64,000 bases of DNA from an uncultured Pseudanabaenaceae cyanobacterium (GTDB lineage: Bacteria > Cyanobacteriota > Cyanobacteriia > PCC-9006 > JAAUQQ01): NCBI GenBank assembly GCA_938017515.1, contig CALIJJ010000209.1, positions 10,108 through 74,107 on the forward strand, written 5' to 3'. The notes beneath the pieces are model-generated. The model was not told where the DNA came from and ran no database searches. It worked only from the letters and a program-made list of their open reading frames with translations. Made by a program: the position numbers and the translations under genes. The first letter of the stretch is position 1; every line of letters starts with the position of its first letter. Shown piece after piece: positions 19,586 to 28,649 of the stretch.

Positions 19586-20149
19586 AATCTCTGCTTTATA
19601 AAAACTATTTTGGAGATTTAATTCTAGCTGGAACTGCCTAAGCATTGATTAGAAATAACTGTGCTGAAGTCGATTTTCTAAATCTAAATGTTGATCAATC
19701 AAACATCCATAAAAATTGCCCCAGGCTTCTTGCCCAGGGCTAAAAACGTGATAGAAAGTGCTTAAGATCAATCAAACAACTACAGGTATCTTACTAAGGG
19801 TTTGCAGAACAGTCGTAGAACGTGATTAACACCATGGTCTCTCAGGAGACTCTGAGCTTAGGGCTTCACCCTTTATAGTCCTTTCACCGACAATCAACGA
19901 AACAATCGAACCGAAATGAAACAATCGAACCAAATCAAACCTAACGAACTTGAACAATAGGGTGAAAGAAGAGGGAATGAAGGAGCCTCATTCTGTTAGT
20001 GTTTCAGCAGTTCTAGGAACTGGTTTGAGCCTTGACGGGAGACGCGGGTCGTTAGCTCTAGTCCGGTTTTGTATCTCTCTTGCGTCTGAATACAAACTAA
20101 CACCTTCAAGGAGAGGTAAAAGCCTGTTTAAGGAATTGTAAAGAGTGGG

Positions 20150-20962
20150 TTAGTGGTGACTCCGACTGAATTTACGAAAGTCTTCATCTCGCTGGCTGAG
20201 CTTGACCCATTTTGTTCCTTGAGCTAGCAGACGCCCGACGAGTTTTTCGCAGGCTGGACGTTCTGTGGCGTAGTGGCCTGCATCAATCAGGATGAGATTG
20301 CGATCGCGGGCTTCCTGGAACTGGTGAAACTTGCAGTCCGAGGTTAAGTAAGCTTCCGCGCCGGTTTTGCACACGGCACCGATGTAGCTCGCACCCGAGC
20401 CCCCCAGGACTGCGACGCGCGTTATGGGTCGCTGGAGGTCCGCTTCGGGGGAATAGATGAGGTCCGGCGGATGGAGCTGGTCGTGGATCTGGTTGAGCAG
20501 CGTTTCCAGGGTCATGGCCTGGGGCAACTGACCCACGCGGCCATAGCCGAGACCGTCTTGGGTGGGTTCTACGGGCTCTGGGTTTTGCAGATCTAAAAGC
20601 TGGCTGAGGACATCAGCGGTGCCATCCGTGACCTGGTCAAAGTTGGTATGGGCTGTGTAGACGCCGATGCCATGCTGGATGGCAAGACGGACCATATCGC
20701 CGATGGGGTCGCCTTTGCGCACAGAGGTCAGCTTGCCAAAGATTAAGGGGTGATGGGCAAAGATGAGATTGATGGGTTCTCCCTGCTGTTTTAGGGCGAT
20801 CGCCTCTTCCATTACAGCCAGGGTTGGCGTCAGGCACACCAGAACGCCAGCGGTTTCATCGAGAATACCGGGTTCAATTTGCCAGCCACAGTTGTCCCAT
20901 TTTTCTTGCCAATGGGGTGGTGCCCAGGTTTCAAACTGTTCAATGAGGGTGGAAATGTTCAT
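20150..20962 (-). CDS. Nif3-family dinuclear-metal-centre protein (YqfO/YbgI-like)
   Basis: N-terminus MNISTLIEQFETWAPPHWQEKWDNCGW, plus conserved His/Glu metal ligands throughout. The track ORF begins at 21034 and the ATG at 20962 fits family alignment. Confidence 0.8.
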   Translation of the reverse strand: MNISTLIEQFETWAPPHWQEKWDNCGWQIEPGILDETAGVLVCLTPTLAVMEEAIALKQQGEPINLIFAHHPLIFGKLTSVRKGDPIGDMVRLAIQHGIGVYTAHTNFDQVTDGTADVLSQLLDLQNPEPVEPTQDGLGYGRVGQLPQAMTLETLLNQIHDQLHPPDLIYSPEADLQRPITRVAVLGGSGASYIGAVCKTGAEAYLTSDCKFHQFQEARDRNLILIDAGHYATERPACEKLVGRLLAQGTKWVKLSQRDEDFRKFSRSHH

Positions 20963-21196
20963 GGCTGTACTCCTTGCGTCATCCTCGGCTAAGCGTTTTC
21001 TGGTCAGCGTTTTGGGGTCAGTATTCTCTGGCAAGCTCCTCTGGATTTAATTATTCACCAGGTCTTACTCACCGAGGGTTAATAAAACGGGGAAAACCGT
21101 AAAGCTCCAGCGCAATTTGTGGGCGATCGCCTGAATCCCCAGAGATTGAACGCTCCTGAGCTGAAGCCCAAGTCAGTGTCCTACGGTTTCAGCAGC

Positions 21197-22399
21197 ATGA
21201 CTCTCTCGATTTTTAGCTCGGTTCCCCGTTTCACGAAAGTACTGTTGCTGACTGGCGTGCTTTCCGTGGGTTGGGGAGGTGCGGCAAAGGCCGATGAGCT
21301 GCTGCGGACCCAGGTGCTGATGCGCGAGAGACCGACCGAGCAAACTCTTGTCGGCCAAGCAACCGTGGCCCAGGATGTTCTTGCCCAGGATATTCTTGCC
21401 CAAGATGTTGTTGCTCAGCAACTGTTAGCCGACTTACCGAACAATAGTCGTGCGCTAGAAGCGCAGACTGCCCTGACTGAGCCTCTGCGTAGTCATGTCC
21501 ACCAGGGGAAGCAGTTATTACGCGCTAGAAAGTATGCAGCAGCAATTGCAAAGTATGACCAAGCCCTAGAGCTCCAGGCAGAGATCCCTGAGGCCTGGTA
21601 CGGTCGCATGTTGGCCCAAAAAGCTCTGGGACAGTCCAAGGAAGCTGTGTTTAGCTACTACGCCTATGCTGAAGCATCGCGAATTGTCGGAGATTTGGAC
21701 ACCGCGCTGGCGGGTTTCGAATGGTTTTTAGCGCGCAGACCGGACTTTTTTGAAGCGGCCTTGGGCAAAAGCATCACCCTGGAGCAGATGGGCAATCCAG
21801 CGGCAGCCCTGCGTAGCTTTGCGATGACGATTGAGATCGATCCCCAGGATCCACGGGGCTGGGAGTACCAGGGTGATCTGATGGCGCGTCTGGAGGACTA
21901 CGAGCGTGCGGCCCAGAGCTATGAGCAGTGGGTGGCGTTGGCCCCCGAGAGTCCTGAGGCCCTGTGGAGCCATGGTCATGTGTTGATTCAGCTGAATCGC
22001 TATGAAGCGGCTCTGGAGCGCTATGTTCGTTTGGCGCAACTTCAGCCTGAGGAGGCGGAACCCCAGCAGCGCCAGGGCTGGATTTTGCTTCAGTTAGGTC
22101 GGTTTCGGGAAGCGGTTGTCCGTTATGATGCGGCGATCGCCTTCGATCCCTCCAAGGCTGCGAACTGGCAGGGGAAGGGCTATGCCCTGGCTCAGCTGAA
22201 CCAGTATGATACTGCCTTAGAAAATCTGACGCAGGCGGTCAAGCTCAATCCCCAGGACGCCTGGAGTTGGCAGCTGCGGGCAGAGATGCTCGAACAATTG
22301 GGCCGTCGTGAGGAGGCCAAGGAGAGTCTGCGCCAGGTGGATATTCTGCGGGAAGTTCAGGTCTTGTCGCGCTCCGAAGATGGGCGATCTTTGGCCTGA
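21197..22399 (+). CDS. TPR-repeat protein with N-terminal signal peptide
   Basis: Signal-like N-terminus (MTLSIFSSVPRFTKVLLLTGVLSVGWGGAAKA). Carries an AQDVLAQDILAQDVVAQ repeat, then at least 8 TPR units (W-LG-Y-A-F-P-type 34-mers). Confidence 0.75.
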   Translation: MTLSIFSSVPRFTKVLLLTGVLSVGWGGAAKADELLRTQVLMRERPTEQTLVGQATVAQDVLAQDILAQDVVAQQLLADLPNNSRALEAQTALTEPLRSHVHQGKQLLRARKYAAAIAKYDQALELQAEIPEAWYGRMLAQKALGQSKEAVFSYYAYAEASRIVGDLDTALAGFEWFLARRPDFFEAALGKSITLEQMGNPAAALRSFAMTIEIDPQDPRGWEYQGDLMARLEDYERAAQSYEQWVALAPESPEALWSHGHVLIQLNRYEAALERYVRLAQLQPEEAEPQQRQGWILLQLGRFREAVVRYDAAIAFDPSKAANWQGKGYALAQLNQYDTALENLTQAVKLNPQDAWSWQLRAEMLEQLGRREEAKESLRQVDILREVQVLSRSEDGRSLA

Positions 22400-22596
22400 T
22401 AAAACCGAGCAGAGCTACGGGTCCAGGTGGTGGCAAAGGCAATAAAAGGAACTAGGGTAAACACACCACCTGCCACCAACGCGTGGTCTTGCAACCAAGG
22501 GCTGGACATCATCACACCAATACCCAGCCCACAATAGATCAACCCAGCCACGGGAATGCCGATGATCAGCGCTGCCATCTTGTCATTGTCGTCCAT
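22357..22596 (-). CDS. Small two-TM membrane protein, possible
   Basis: 79-aa ORF with two hydrophobic helices. Overlaps the TPR gene 3' end by 43 nt. No homology recognised. Confidence 0.3.
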   Translation of the reverse strand: MDDNDKMAALIIGIPVAGLIYCGLGIGVMMSSPWLQDHALVAGGVFTLVPFIAFATTWTRSSARFYQAKDRPSSERDKT

Positions 22597-22696
22597 GGAT
22601 TAGCCTCGACGTTTCCCACCTTCATCTTAAGGGCCGAGCTTCAGTCTGTTCTTTACAATAGGGGGGCTATAGAACTGTTCTTATCAAAACTGTCTG

Positions 22697-23152
22697 ATGA
22701 ATGCCATGGCCGATACTGCTGCGCATACCCCTCCTCAAAAGCCATTTCTGGCCACCGTTCGTGAGTTAGTGAGAGCCTACCAAGCCTTCTCTTCGTACTC
22801 AGAGCATTTTGTGCGGCAGTATGAGCTGACTCCGGCTCAATTTGATGTCATTGCAACCTTGGGCCATACCCAGGGCATGAGTATGGGAGAGATTGGCGAG
22901 AAAACGCTGATTACGAAAGGGACGCTGACGGGAGTGGTCGATCGCCTCAAGAAAAAAGATCTCGTGACCCGAGATATTCCCCCCGAAAATCGACGCTCCG
23001 TGATCGTCAAACTGACGTCCCAGGGGGAAGAACTCTTCCAGCAGGTGTTTCCGGCCCACCTTGCGGATATGGAAACCCACTTTGAAGGCTTTGATGCTTC
23101 GGAGCTGGAGCTGATGCGTGTGATGCTGAATCGATTGCGCAAGGCCTTTTAG
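22697..23152 (+). CDS. MarR-family transcriptional regulator
   Basis: Winged HTH (LTPAQFDVIATLGHTQGMSMGEIGEKTLITKGTLTGVVDRLKKKDLVTR). Contains no cysteine. Confidence 0.85.
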   Translation: MNAMADTAAHTPPQKPFLATVRELVRAYQAFSSYSEHFVRQYELTPAQFDVIATLGHTQGMSMGEIGEKTLITKGTLTGVVDRLKKKDLVTRDIPPENRRSVIVKLTSQGEELFQQVFPAHLADMETHFEGFDASELELMRVMLNRLRKAF

Positions 23153-23283
23153 CCGATCGCAATCGCTCTGCGGGGCTCGCTCCTGCCTTGTACGAGGGAC
23201 TGGGACTACGCGATAGACTGCGCGACGGATTGCTCGACCCGTTTTTTCATGGCATGGGTTGCGGTTTTGAAAGACCAATGCTA

Positions 23284-23329
23284 ATTTCGACATCAGATAG
23301 TTCTAGTTAAGACTATCTGATATCGAAAT
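23284..23329. promoter_or_regulatory. 18-bp inverted repeat with 10-bp spacer, candidate operator upstream of the CDGSH/NDH-2 operon
   Basis: atttcgacatcagatagt ... actatctgatatcgaaat (17/18 complementary). Sits 30 nt upstream of the ATG at 23360, after the MarR gene. Confidence 0.45.
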
Positions 23330-23359
23330 GAATTTAGCCGATTTTGAAGGAGGATATCG

Positions 23360-23536
23360 ATGGCTCAGCAACCCAAACCCCTCGTGCTGGCCCTAGAGGC
23401 TGGAACGCACTGGCTCTGTACCTGCGGGCAGTCTACGAATGCCCCTTATTGCGATGGCAGCCATAAGGGGACAGCTTTTCAGCCCCTCGCACTGGAGTTA
23501 GATACGCCCAAGGAAGTCATTATCACTGCGCCATAA
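23360..23536 (+). CDS. CDGSH iron-sulfur domain protein (58 aa)
   Basis: Sub-threshold ORF MAQQPKPLVLALEAGTHWLCTCGQSTNAPYCDGSHKGTAFQPL... with the C-x-C-x(n)-CDGSH 2Fe-2S motif. SD gaaggagga lies upstream. Its stop overlaps the next start (TAATG). Confidence 0.7.
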   Translation: MAQQPKPLVLALEAGTHWLCTCGQSTNAPYCDGSHKGTAFQPLALELDTPKEVIITAP

Positions 23537-24972
23537 TGACCGTTCCTACCAAGGTAATGAAGCATGAAAGACTGCAACTCCCGCGAGTTGTCATCTTGGG
23601 TGCTGGTTTTGCAGGGCTTGAGGTTGCGCAACAGCTCGCCCAAAAAGCGTTATGCGTCACCCTGATTGATCGCCAAGATCATCACACCTTTCAGCCCTTG
23701 CTGCACCAAGTGGTCACTGCTGAGTTAGAGGCTCAGCAGATTTGTTATCCGATCCGTTCAGCCCTGCGCCGGGCTAGGAATGTCCGATTTGTTCAGGCAG
23801 AAGTCCATCATATTCAGACTCGGCAGCGCCAAGTCAAGACGTCTGCTGGAGGGTTTGACTATGATTTTCTCGTCATTGCGACAGGGGCTACGTCTCACTT
23901 AGAGATACTGCCTGGGTCTCCCAGCGCGGCGGCTCCCAATTCTGTGTTTGGGCTCAAAACAATTGGGGATGCGATCGCGCTCCGCCATCACCTCGCCAAG
24001 GTCTTAGCACGGGCTCATCGGCCGATTAGCGCTGCTCCTGACCTATTCGCGCCTACTCAATTTGAGAGTGTCCAATCTGCTTCTACTCAAGCTGCCCATA
24101 CAACAGTAGAGTCGATGGCTGACCAGACCGTTGTCATTGTTGGTGGCGGGGCCACGGGCGTCGAATTGGCCGGAGCAATCGCGGGATGGTGTAAGCGATC
24201 GCGGCATAACGCAGCTGCATGCTTGCCCCACCCAGCCAAGAAACTCGTGCTGCTCCATTCCAGGGACAGGCTTCTACCTGGCTTTCGTCCGCGTTTGCAG
24301 CGGTATGCCCTGAAGCAGCTCCAGGCCATGGGCGTTGATGTCCATTGTCTGAAACGTGTGCAGCTTCTCTCCTCCCAAGGTGTTCAGCTATCAGATGGTC
24401 AATTGATCCCGACCAAAACGGTGATTTGGACCACAGGAGTGCGGGGAAATCCACCGGCTTGGAAGGGAGAGGGTCCTACAACACATCGACTGCCGGTGCG
24501 CCCCACCCTCCAGTTATTGGAGGATGACCACATCTACGCTGTAGGGGACGTAGCTGCGGGTACCTCTGAAGCCGAGCCCTGGCCGATGCTGGCTTCCGTC
24601 GCTGTTCAGCAGGGGCGTTTCGCAGCACGCAATATTCGGCGTCAGGCCCAGGGTCAACGTCTGAAACCATTTCGAATGCGCCATTGGGGGGCCATGGCCA
24701 TACTGGGTCGCCATGCTGCGGTTGTCCAACTTGGACCCTTGACCCTCACGGGGGTCGTGGCTTGGCTGATCTGGTTGGCTGTGCATCTCATGTTGTTGCG
24801 AGGGATGCGCCAGCGCCTGACAACACTGCTGCGCTGGAGTGAATCGTACCGGTATCGTTCTCCCCGAGTTCGTTCGTCCGTCTCACCGAGCATGACCGCC
24901 TCCATGAGCATGACCACCTCAGCGAGCAGCCGCCCACAGCCTTGTTCCCATCCCATTTTTTGCGCCAAATAG
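23536..24972 (+). CDS. FAD-dependent NAD(P)H:quinone oxidoreductase (type II NADH dehydrogenase-like)
   Basis: Two Rossmann dinucleotide motifs (VVILGAGFAGLE and VVIVGGGATGVELAGA). The overall NDH-2 / pyridine nucleotide-disulfide oxidoreductase layout is present. Confidence 0.8.
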   Translation: MTVPTKVMKHERLQLPRVVILGAGFAGLEVAQQLAQKALCVTLIDRQDHHTFQPLLHQVVTAELEAQQICYPIRSALRRARNVRFVQAEVHHIQTRQRQVKTSAGGFDYDFLVIATGATSHLEILPGSPSAAAPNSVFGLKTIGDAIALRHHLAKVLARAHRPISAAPDLFAPTQFESVQSASTQAAHTTVESMADQTVVIVGGGATGVELAGAIAGWCKRSRHNAAACLPHPAKKLVLLHSRDRLLPGFRPRLQRYALKQLQAMGVDVHCLKRVQLLSSQGVQLSDGQLIPTKTVIWTTGVRGNPPAWKGEGPTTHRLPVRPTLQLLEDDHIYAVGDVAAGTSEAEPWPMLASVAVQQGRFAARNIRRQAQGQRLKPFRMRHWGAMAILGRHAAVVQLGPLTLTGVVAWLIWLAVHLMLLRGMRQRLTTLLRWSESYRYRSPRVRSSVSPSMTASMSMTTSASSRPQPCSHPIFCAK

Positions 24973-25000
24973 TTCTAATTAGTACAAAATAGACATAGCC

Positions 25001-25477
25001 ATGAAACTCACCATTCGCGACATCAATCCTCAGTCCTCGTCCAGAACGCTGCGCTTGGCCAAGCCGACGATTGACCTCGATACAGCGCCCTACGCCATTA
25101 CCTTGCTGCGGGTGAGCTTGGGGCTGCTTTGTCTCGCCCATGGATGCCTCAAGGTGTTCACGTTCACATTGCCAGGGACTGCACAGTTCTTCGCCAGTGT
25201 GGGCCTGCCTGGATTTATGGCCTATCCCGTGGCGATCGCAGAAGGGCTCGGCGGTCTGTTGTTGCTCGCTGGGATTTACAGCCGCTGGGTGGCACTGGCG
25301 CTGTTTCCCATTTTGTTCGTGGCGACGTTTAAGGTGCATGGGGCCAGCGGTTGGTTGTTCACCAACGAAGGGGGCGGCTGGGAATTTCCGGCCTTGTTTG
25401 CGATCGCCACCCTCGTTCAATTCCTCCTCGGCGATGGAGCCTTTGCCCTCACCTCGCGGCTGATGCCCAAGCGATAG
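25001..25477 (+). CDS. DoxX-family membrane protein
   Basis: About 150 aa with 3-4 TM helices and the DoxX-like LLRVSLGLLCLAHGCLK region. Confidence 0.75.
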   Translation: MKLTIRDINPQSSSRTLRLAKPTIDLDTAPYAITLLRVSLGLLCLAHGCLKVFTFTLPGTAQFFASVGLPGFMAYPVAIAEGLGGLLLLAGIYSRWVALALFPILFVATFKVHGASGWLFTNEGGGWEFPALFAIATLVQFLLGDGAFALTSRLMPKR

Positions 25478-25518
25478 GAGGCAAATGAAAGATCGTAGAG
25501 CATGTCCTACAGGAGCGC

Positions 25519-26301
25519 ATGATGGCCAAACTTCCCGCACTGTTCATTTCCCACGGCGCACCGGACCTGCCTATTCGCACGGGGCCAACCCAGGACTTCC
25601 TGCGGCAGGTGCCCCACACGATGCCAACGCCGCGAGCAATCCTAGTCATTACAGCGCATTGGTTGACCGCTCAAGCCGCCGTCAGCACTACCCCTAATCC
25701 GCGAACCCTGTATGACTTTGGAGGCTTTCCAGCGGAACTGCATCGCCTGAGCTATCCGGCGACCGGCAATGGGGCGATCGCCCAAGAGATTGCTCAGGTC
25801 TTGTCTGAGGCGGAGATGCCAGTGCAAATGCACCCCAACCGAGGCTTTGACCACGGCACCTGGACGCCGCTAAGTTTGGCCTATCCCCAGGCGGATATTC
25901 CCGTGATTCAGATGTCTGTGCAACCTAGGCTGGGGCCAGAACACCATTGGCAGTTGGGACAGGCGATCGCCCCACTACGCGATCAAGGGATCCTCATCCT
26001 TGGCAGCGGCGGTGCCACCCATAACCTCGGTGCATTTGCGTCTGACTACGATGCATCACCACCGGACTGGGTGGTGGCCTTTGATGATTGGTTGGCCCAA
26101 ACCATCCAATCCAACGATCGCCACAGCCTACTCAACTATCGACAATGCGCCCCCTTCGCGGTGCCAAACCATCCCAGTGAGGAACATCTCCTGCCGTTAT
26201 TTGTAGCCCTAGGGGCTGGCGATGGGGATAAACCGGGACGGCAACTCCATCGTGGGTTTACCTACGGTGTCTTCAGCATGGCAGCGTTTGCCTTTGATTA
26301 G
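25519..26301 (+). CDS. Class III extradiol ring-cleavage dioxygenase (LigB/YgiD/DOPA 4,5-dioxygenase family)
   Basis: N-terminus MAKLPALFISHGAPDL and conserved His ligands (ITAHW, DHGTW, GSGGATHNL) are typical of YgiD-like enzymes. Confidence 0.8.
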   Translation: MMAKLPALFISHGAPDLPIRTGPTQDFLRQVPHTMPTPRAILVITAHWLTAQAAVSTTPNPRTLYDFGGFPAELHRLSYPATGNGAIAQEIAQVLSEAEMPVQMHPNRGFDHGTWTPLSLAYPQADIPVIQMSVQPRLGPEHHWQLGQAIAPLRDQGILILGSGGATHNLGAFASDYDASPPDWVVAFDDWLAQTIQSNDRHSLLNYRQCAPFAVPNHPSEEHLLPLFVALGAGDGDKPGRQLHRGFTYGVFSMAAFAFD

Positions 26302-26366
26302 ATCGTGAGTCAAATGATTCGTGATTTAACCCAGTTGTAATTTCAAACATGTAGGAGCAACAGACG

Positions 26367-27371
26367 ATGGCCCTTGGACAACTCATCGATGGTCAATGGA
26401 CAACAGACTGGACCGAGCGTGGCGAGTCTGGAGAGTTCCAGCGGATGCCGACGCAATTTCGAGATTGGGTGACGGCGGATGGCTCCAGCGGTTTTAAGGC
26501 AGAAGCAGGTCGCTATCACTTGTATGTTTCCCTGGGCTGTCCCTGGGCCCATCGGACGCTGTTGTTGCGATCGCAAAAGGGGCTCGAAGATGCCATTAGC
26601 ATATCGATTGTGGACCCGGTCATTAGCAATCAGGGCTGGCAATTTTCTGAGCGTTCCGGCTGCATCCCCGATAGCCTTTACCAGGCCGACTACCTCTGGC
26701 AGATCTACGTCAGAGCCTATCCAACCTACAGCGGGCGGGTGACGGTGCCGGTGCTGTGGGATAAACAGACACAGACCATTATCAATAATGAATCGCGTCA
26801 GATTATTCAGATGTTGAACCGTGAGTTCAATGCCTTTTCTGCCGTCCCGGAGCGAGATTTTTACCCAGCGGCATTGCAGGAGGCGTGCGATCGCGCCATC
26901 GATGCCATCTATCCCAGTATCAATAATGGGGTTTACCGCAGTGGCTTTGCCTCATCCCAAGCCGCCTATACTCAAGCCGTGACCGCGCTCTTCCAGGCAC
27001 TGGATTACTGGGAGGGGATGCTGAGCCAACAGCGGTATGTCTGCGGAGACGCGATAACCCTTGCGGACTGGTGCCTGTTTCCGACACTGTTTCGGTTTGA
27101 TCTGGCCTACCACGGTCTGTTTAAGTGCAACCTCAAACGGCTCGTGGATTATCCCAACCTGTGGCGCTACTGCCGCGAACTGTATCAGCAACCCGGTGTT
27201 GCCCAGTGGTGTAGCGCTGAGCATGTTAAGCAGCTCTACTATGCTGGATTGCCAGAGCTGAATCCCACCGGCATTGTTCCGCTAGGGCCAGCGATTGACT
27301 TTGCTGATCGCATTGCAGAAGAAGCTCGGCAGGAGCCACCGCTGGGCGCGATCGCTCCTGCCCTGGCTTAA
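26367..27371 (+). CDS. Xi-class glutathione transferase / glutathionyl-hydroquinone reductase (YqjG/PcpF-like)
   Basis: YVSLGCPWAHRTLL CPxA active-site motif at residue ~58, at ~330 aa total. This is diagnostic of Xi-class GS-hydroquinone reductases. Confidence 0.8.
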   Translation: MALGQLIDGQWTTDWTERGESGEFQRMPTQFRDWVTADGSSGFKAEAGRYHLYVSLGCPWAHRTLLLRSQKGLEDAISISIVDPVISNQGWQFSERSGCIPDSLYQADYLWQIYVRAYPTYSGRVTVPVLWDKQTQTIINNESRQIIQMLNREFNAFSAVPERDFYPAALQEACDRAIDAIYPSINNGVYRSGFASSQAAYTQAVTALFQALDYWEGMLSQQRYVCGDAITLADWCLFPTLFRFDLAYHGLFKCNLKRLVDYPNLWRYCRELYQQPGVAQWCSAEHVKQLYYAGLPELNPTGIVPLGPAIDFADRIAEEARQEPPLGAIAPALA

Positions 27372-28075
27372 CGGAGACCCGACTTAACCGCGCTACCCCG
27401 CTGGCCAAACAGAACTTTTTTGGCTTCTTCGGTCATGGTCGGAGTGGTCGAGACTGCCTGACCTTTTTCGTAGGCTCGAATCACGGCAGGGCGCGCCTGC
27501 ATGGCCTGAAACCAACGTTGGAGGTCGGGGAAGTCTGCCAGGGTTTGCCCCTGTTTTTCGTAGGGGACGATCCAGGGATAGCATGCCATGTCGGCAATGG
27601 AGTAGTCCCCGGCGATGAATTCTTGCCCTACCAACTGTTTGTTCAGCACACCGTAGAGTCGATGGGTTTCATCAACGTAGCGCTTGATGGCGTAATCGAT
27701 GGGGGTGGGAGCGTATTGGCTGAAGTGGTGGTTTTGTCCCAGCATGGGCCCTAGACCGCCGACCTGCCAGAAGAGCCATTCGTTGACGCGGGTTTGCGAT
27801 CGCAGGTCTGTCGGCCAAAACTGACCCGTTTTCTGGGCCAGATAGAGCAAAATTGCGCCGGACTCAAATACGGAAATCGGCTCATCGCCCTCTGCAGGCG
27901 CATGATCCACGAGGGCTGGCATGCGGTTGTTTGGCGAAATTTTGAGGAAGTCGGGCTTGAACTGATCCCCTGCTCCAATATTGACGGGACTGATGCGGTA
28001 GTCGAGCCCAGCTTCTTCCAGAAAAATTGTGATCTTGTGACCGTTTGGTGTGGGCCAGTAGTAGAGGTCCAGCAT
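27368..28075 (-). CDS. Nu-class glutathione S-transferase (YfcG/YghU-like)
   Basis: MLDLYYWPTPNGHKITIFLEEAGLDYRISPVNIGAGDQFKPDFLKISPNNRMPALVDH closely parallels E. coli YfcG. The track ORF starts at 28183 and the ATG at 28075 fits the family. Confidence 0.8.
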   Translation of the reverse strand: MLDLYYWPTPNGHKITIFLEEAGLDYRISPVNIGAGDQFKPDFLKISPNNRMPALVDHAPAEGDEPISVFESGAILLYLAQKTGQFWPTDLRSQTRVNEWLFWQVGGLGPMLGQNHHFSQYAPTPIDYAIKRYVDETHRLYGVLNKQLVGQEFIAGDYSIADMACYPWIVPYEKQGQTLADFPDLQRWFQAMQARPAVIRAYEKGQAVSTTPTMTEEAKKVLFGQRGSAVKSGLR

Positions 28076-28563
28076 GGCAACGTACTCAATGACAGCTTGA
28101 AGAATCCTTCTTAGCTTAGTCTTTAATTCGAAAAAGTGGAAATAAAGTACAATTGTTGCTGATCGTTCAATGACGGCAAACAATTCCGACGGAGTGTTGC
28201 AGGCTGCGATCGCTGCTGGTGTGCATGTCTAGTGGTTGTCGTTGGCAATATTGATCCTCCGGGGCCGCTCACCTGCTCTTGTTGTGATTGGAGTCAAGGT
28301 GCTCCGAAGTTTCCGAAGTGAGAGAAGAGCTTCTGGAGAGGAAATGGCTGGCTTAAGGTCTTGCTTGGCTAATATTCCGATGACGTGAAAGGGTCTGATG
28401 CTTTACCTTTTAGGTCTATCGAAAGGGCTGATATCCACCTAACCTTAAGAAATAAAGTAGATACCATTGTCTCCATGTCTTTATCGTTACAATTTTTACA
28501 CCAGTAAAACTCAGGCCGCATTTCAACTCAGTGCATTAGCACGATTTGTGCGTCAATCTTTCT

Positions 28564-28599
28564 GACCTCCACACGCCCTGTGTGGAGGTCTTGATTTTT
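28564..28599 (+). terminator. Rho-independent terminator (11-bp perfect stem, 5-nt loop, T-run)
   Basis: gacctccacac gccct gtgtggaggtc ttgattttt. No + strand CDS lies upstream. A sigma70-like promoter (TTGTCT-N15-TACAAT, 28467-28493) lies ~75 nt upstream. Confidence 0.55.
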
Positions 28600-28649
28600 A
28601 GGAATTGCTGAGGCGTAAGAATTGAATCACACCTTTGGAGCCTGTATTC

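Noticed and set aside
19950-20141. 63-aa ORF in the AT-rich 19.6-20.1 kb spacer
   Set aside because: A purine-rich stretch precedes it, but the peptide is featureless and the region looks non-coding. Kept only as part of the non-coding-tract finding.
24788-25540. 250-aa minus-strand ORF spanning the NDH-2 3' end and DoxX
   Set aside because: Antisense to two well-supported genes and cysteine/arginine-rich nonsense composition.
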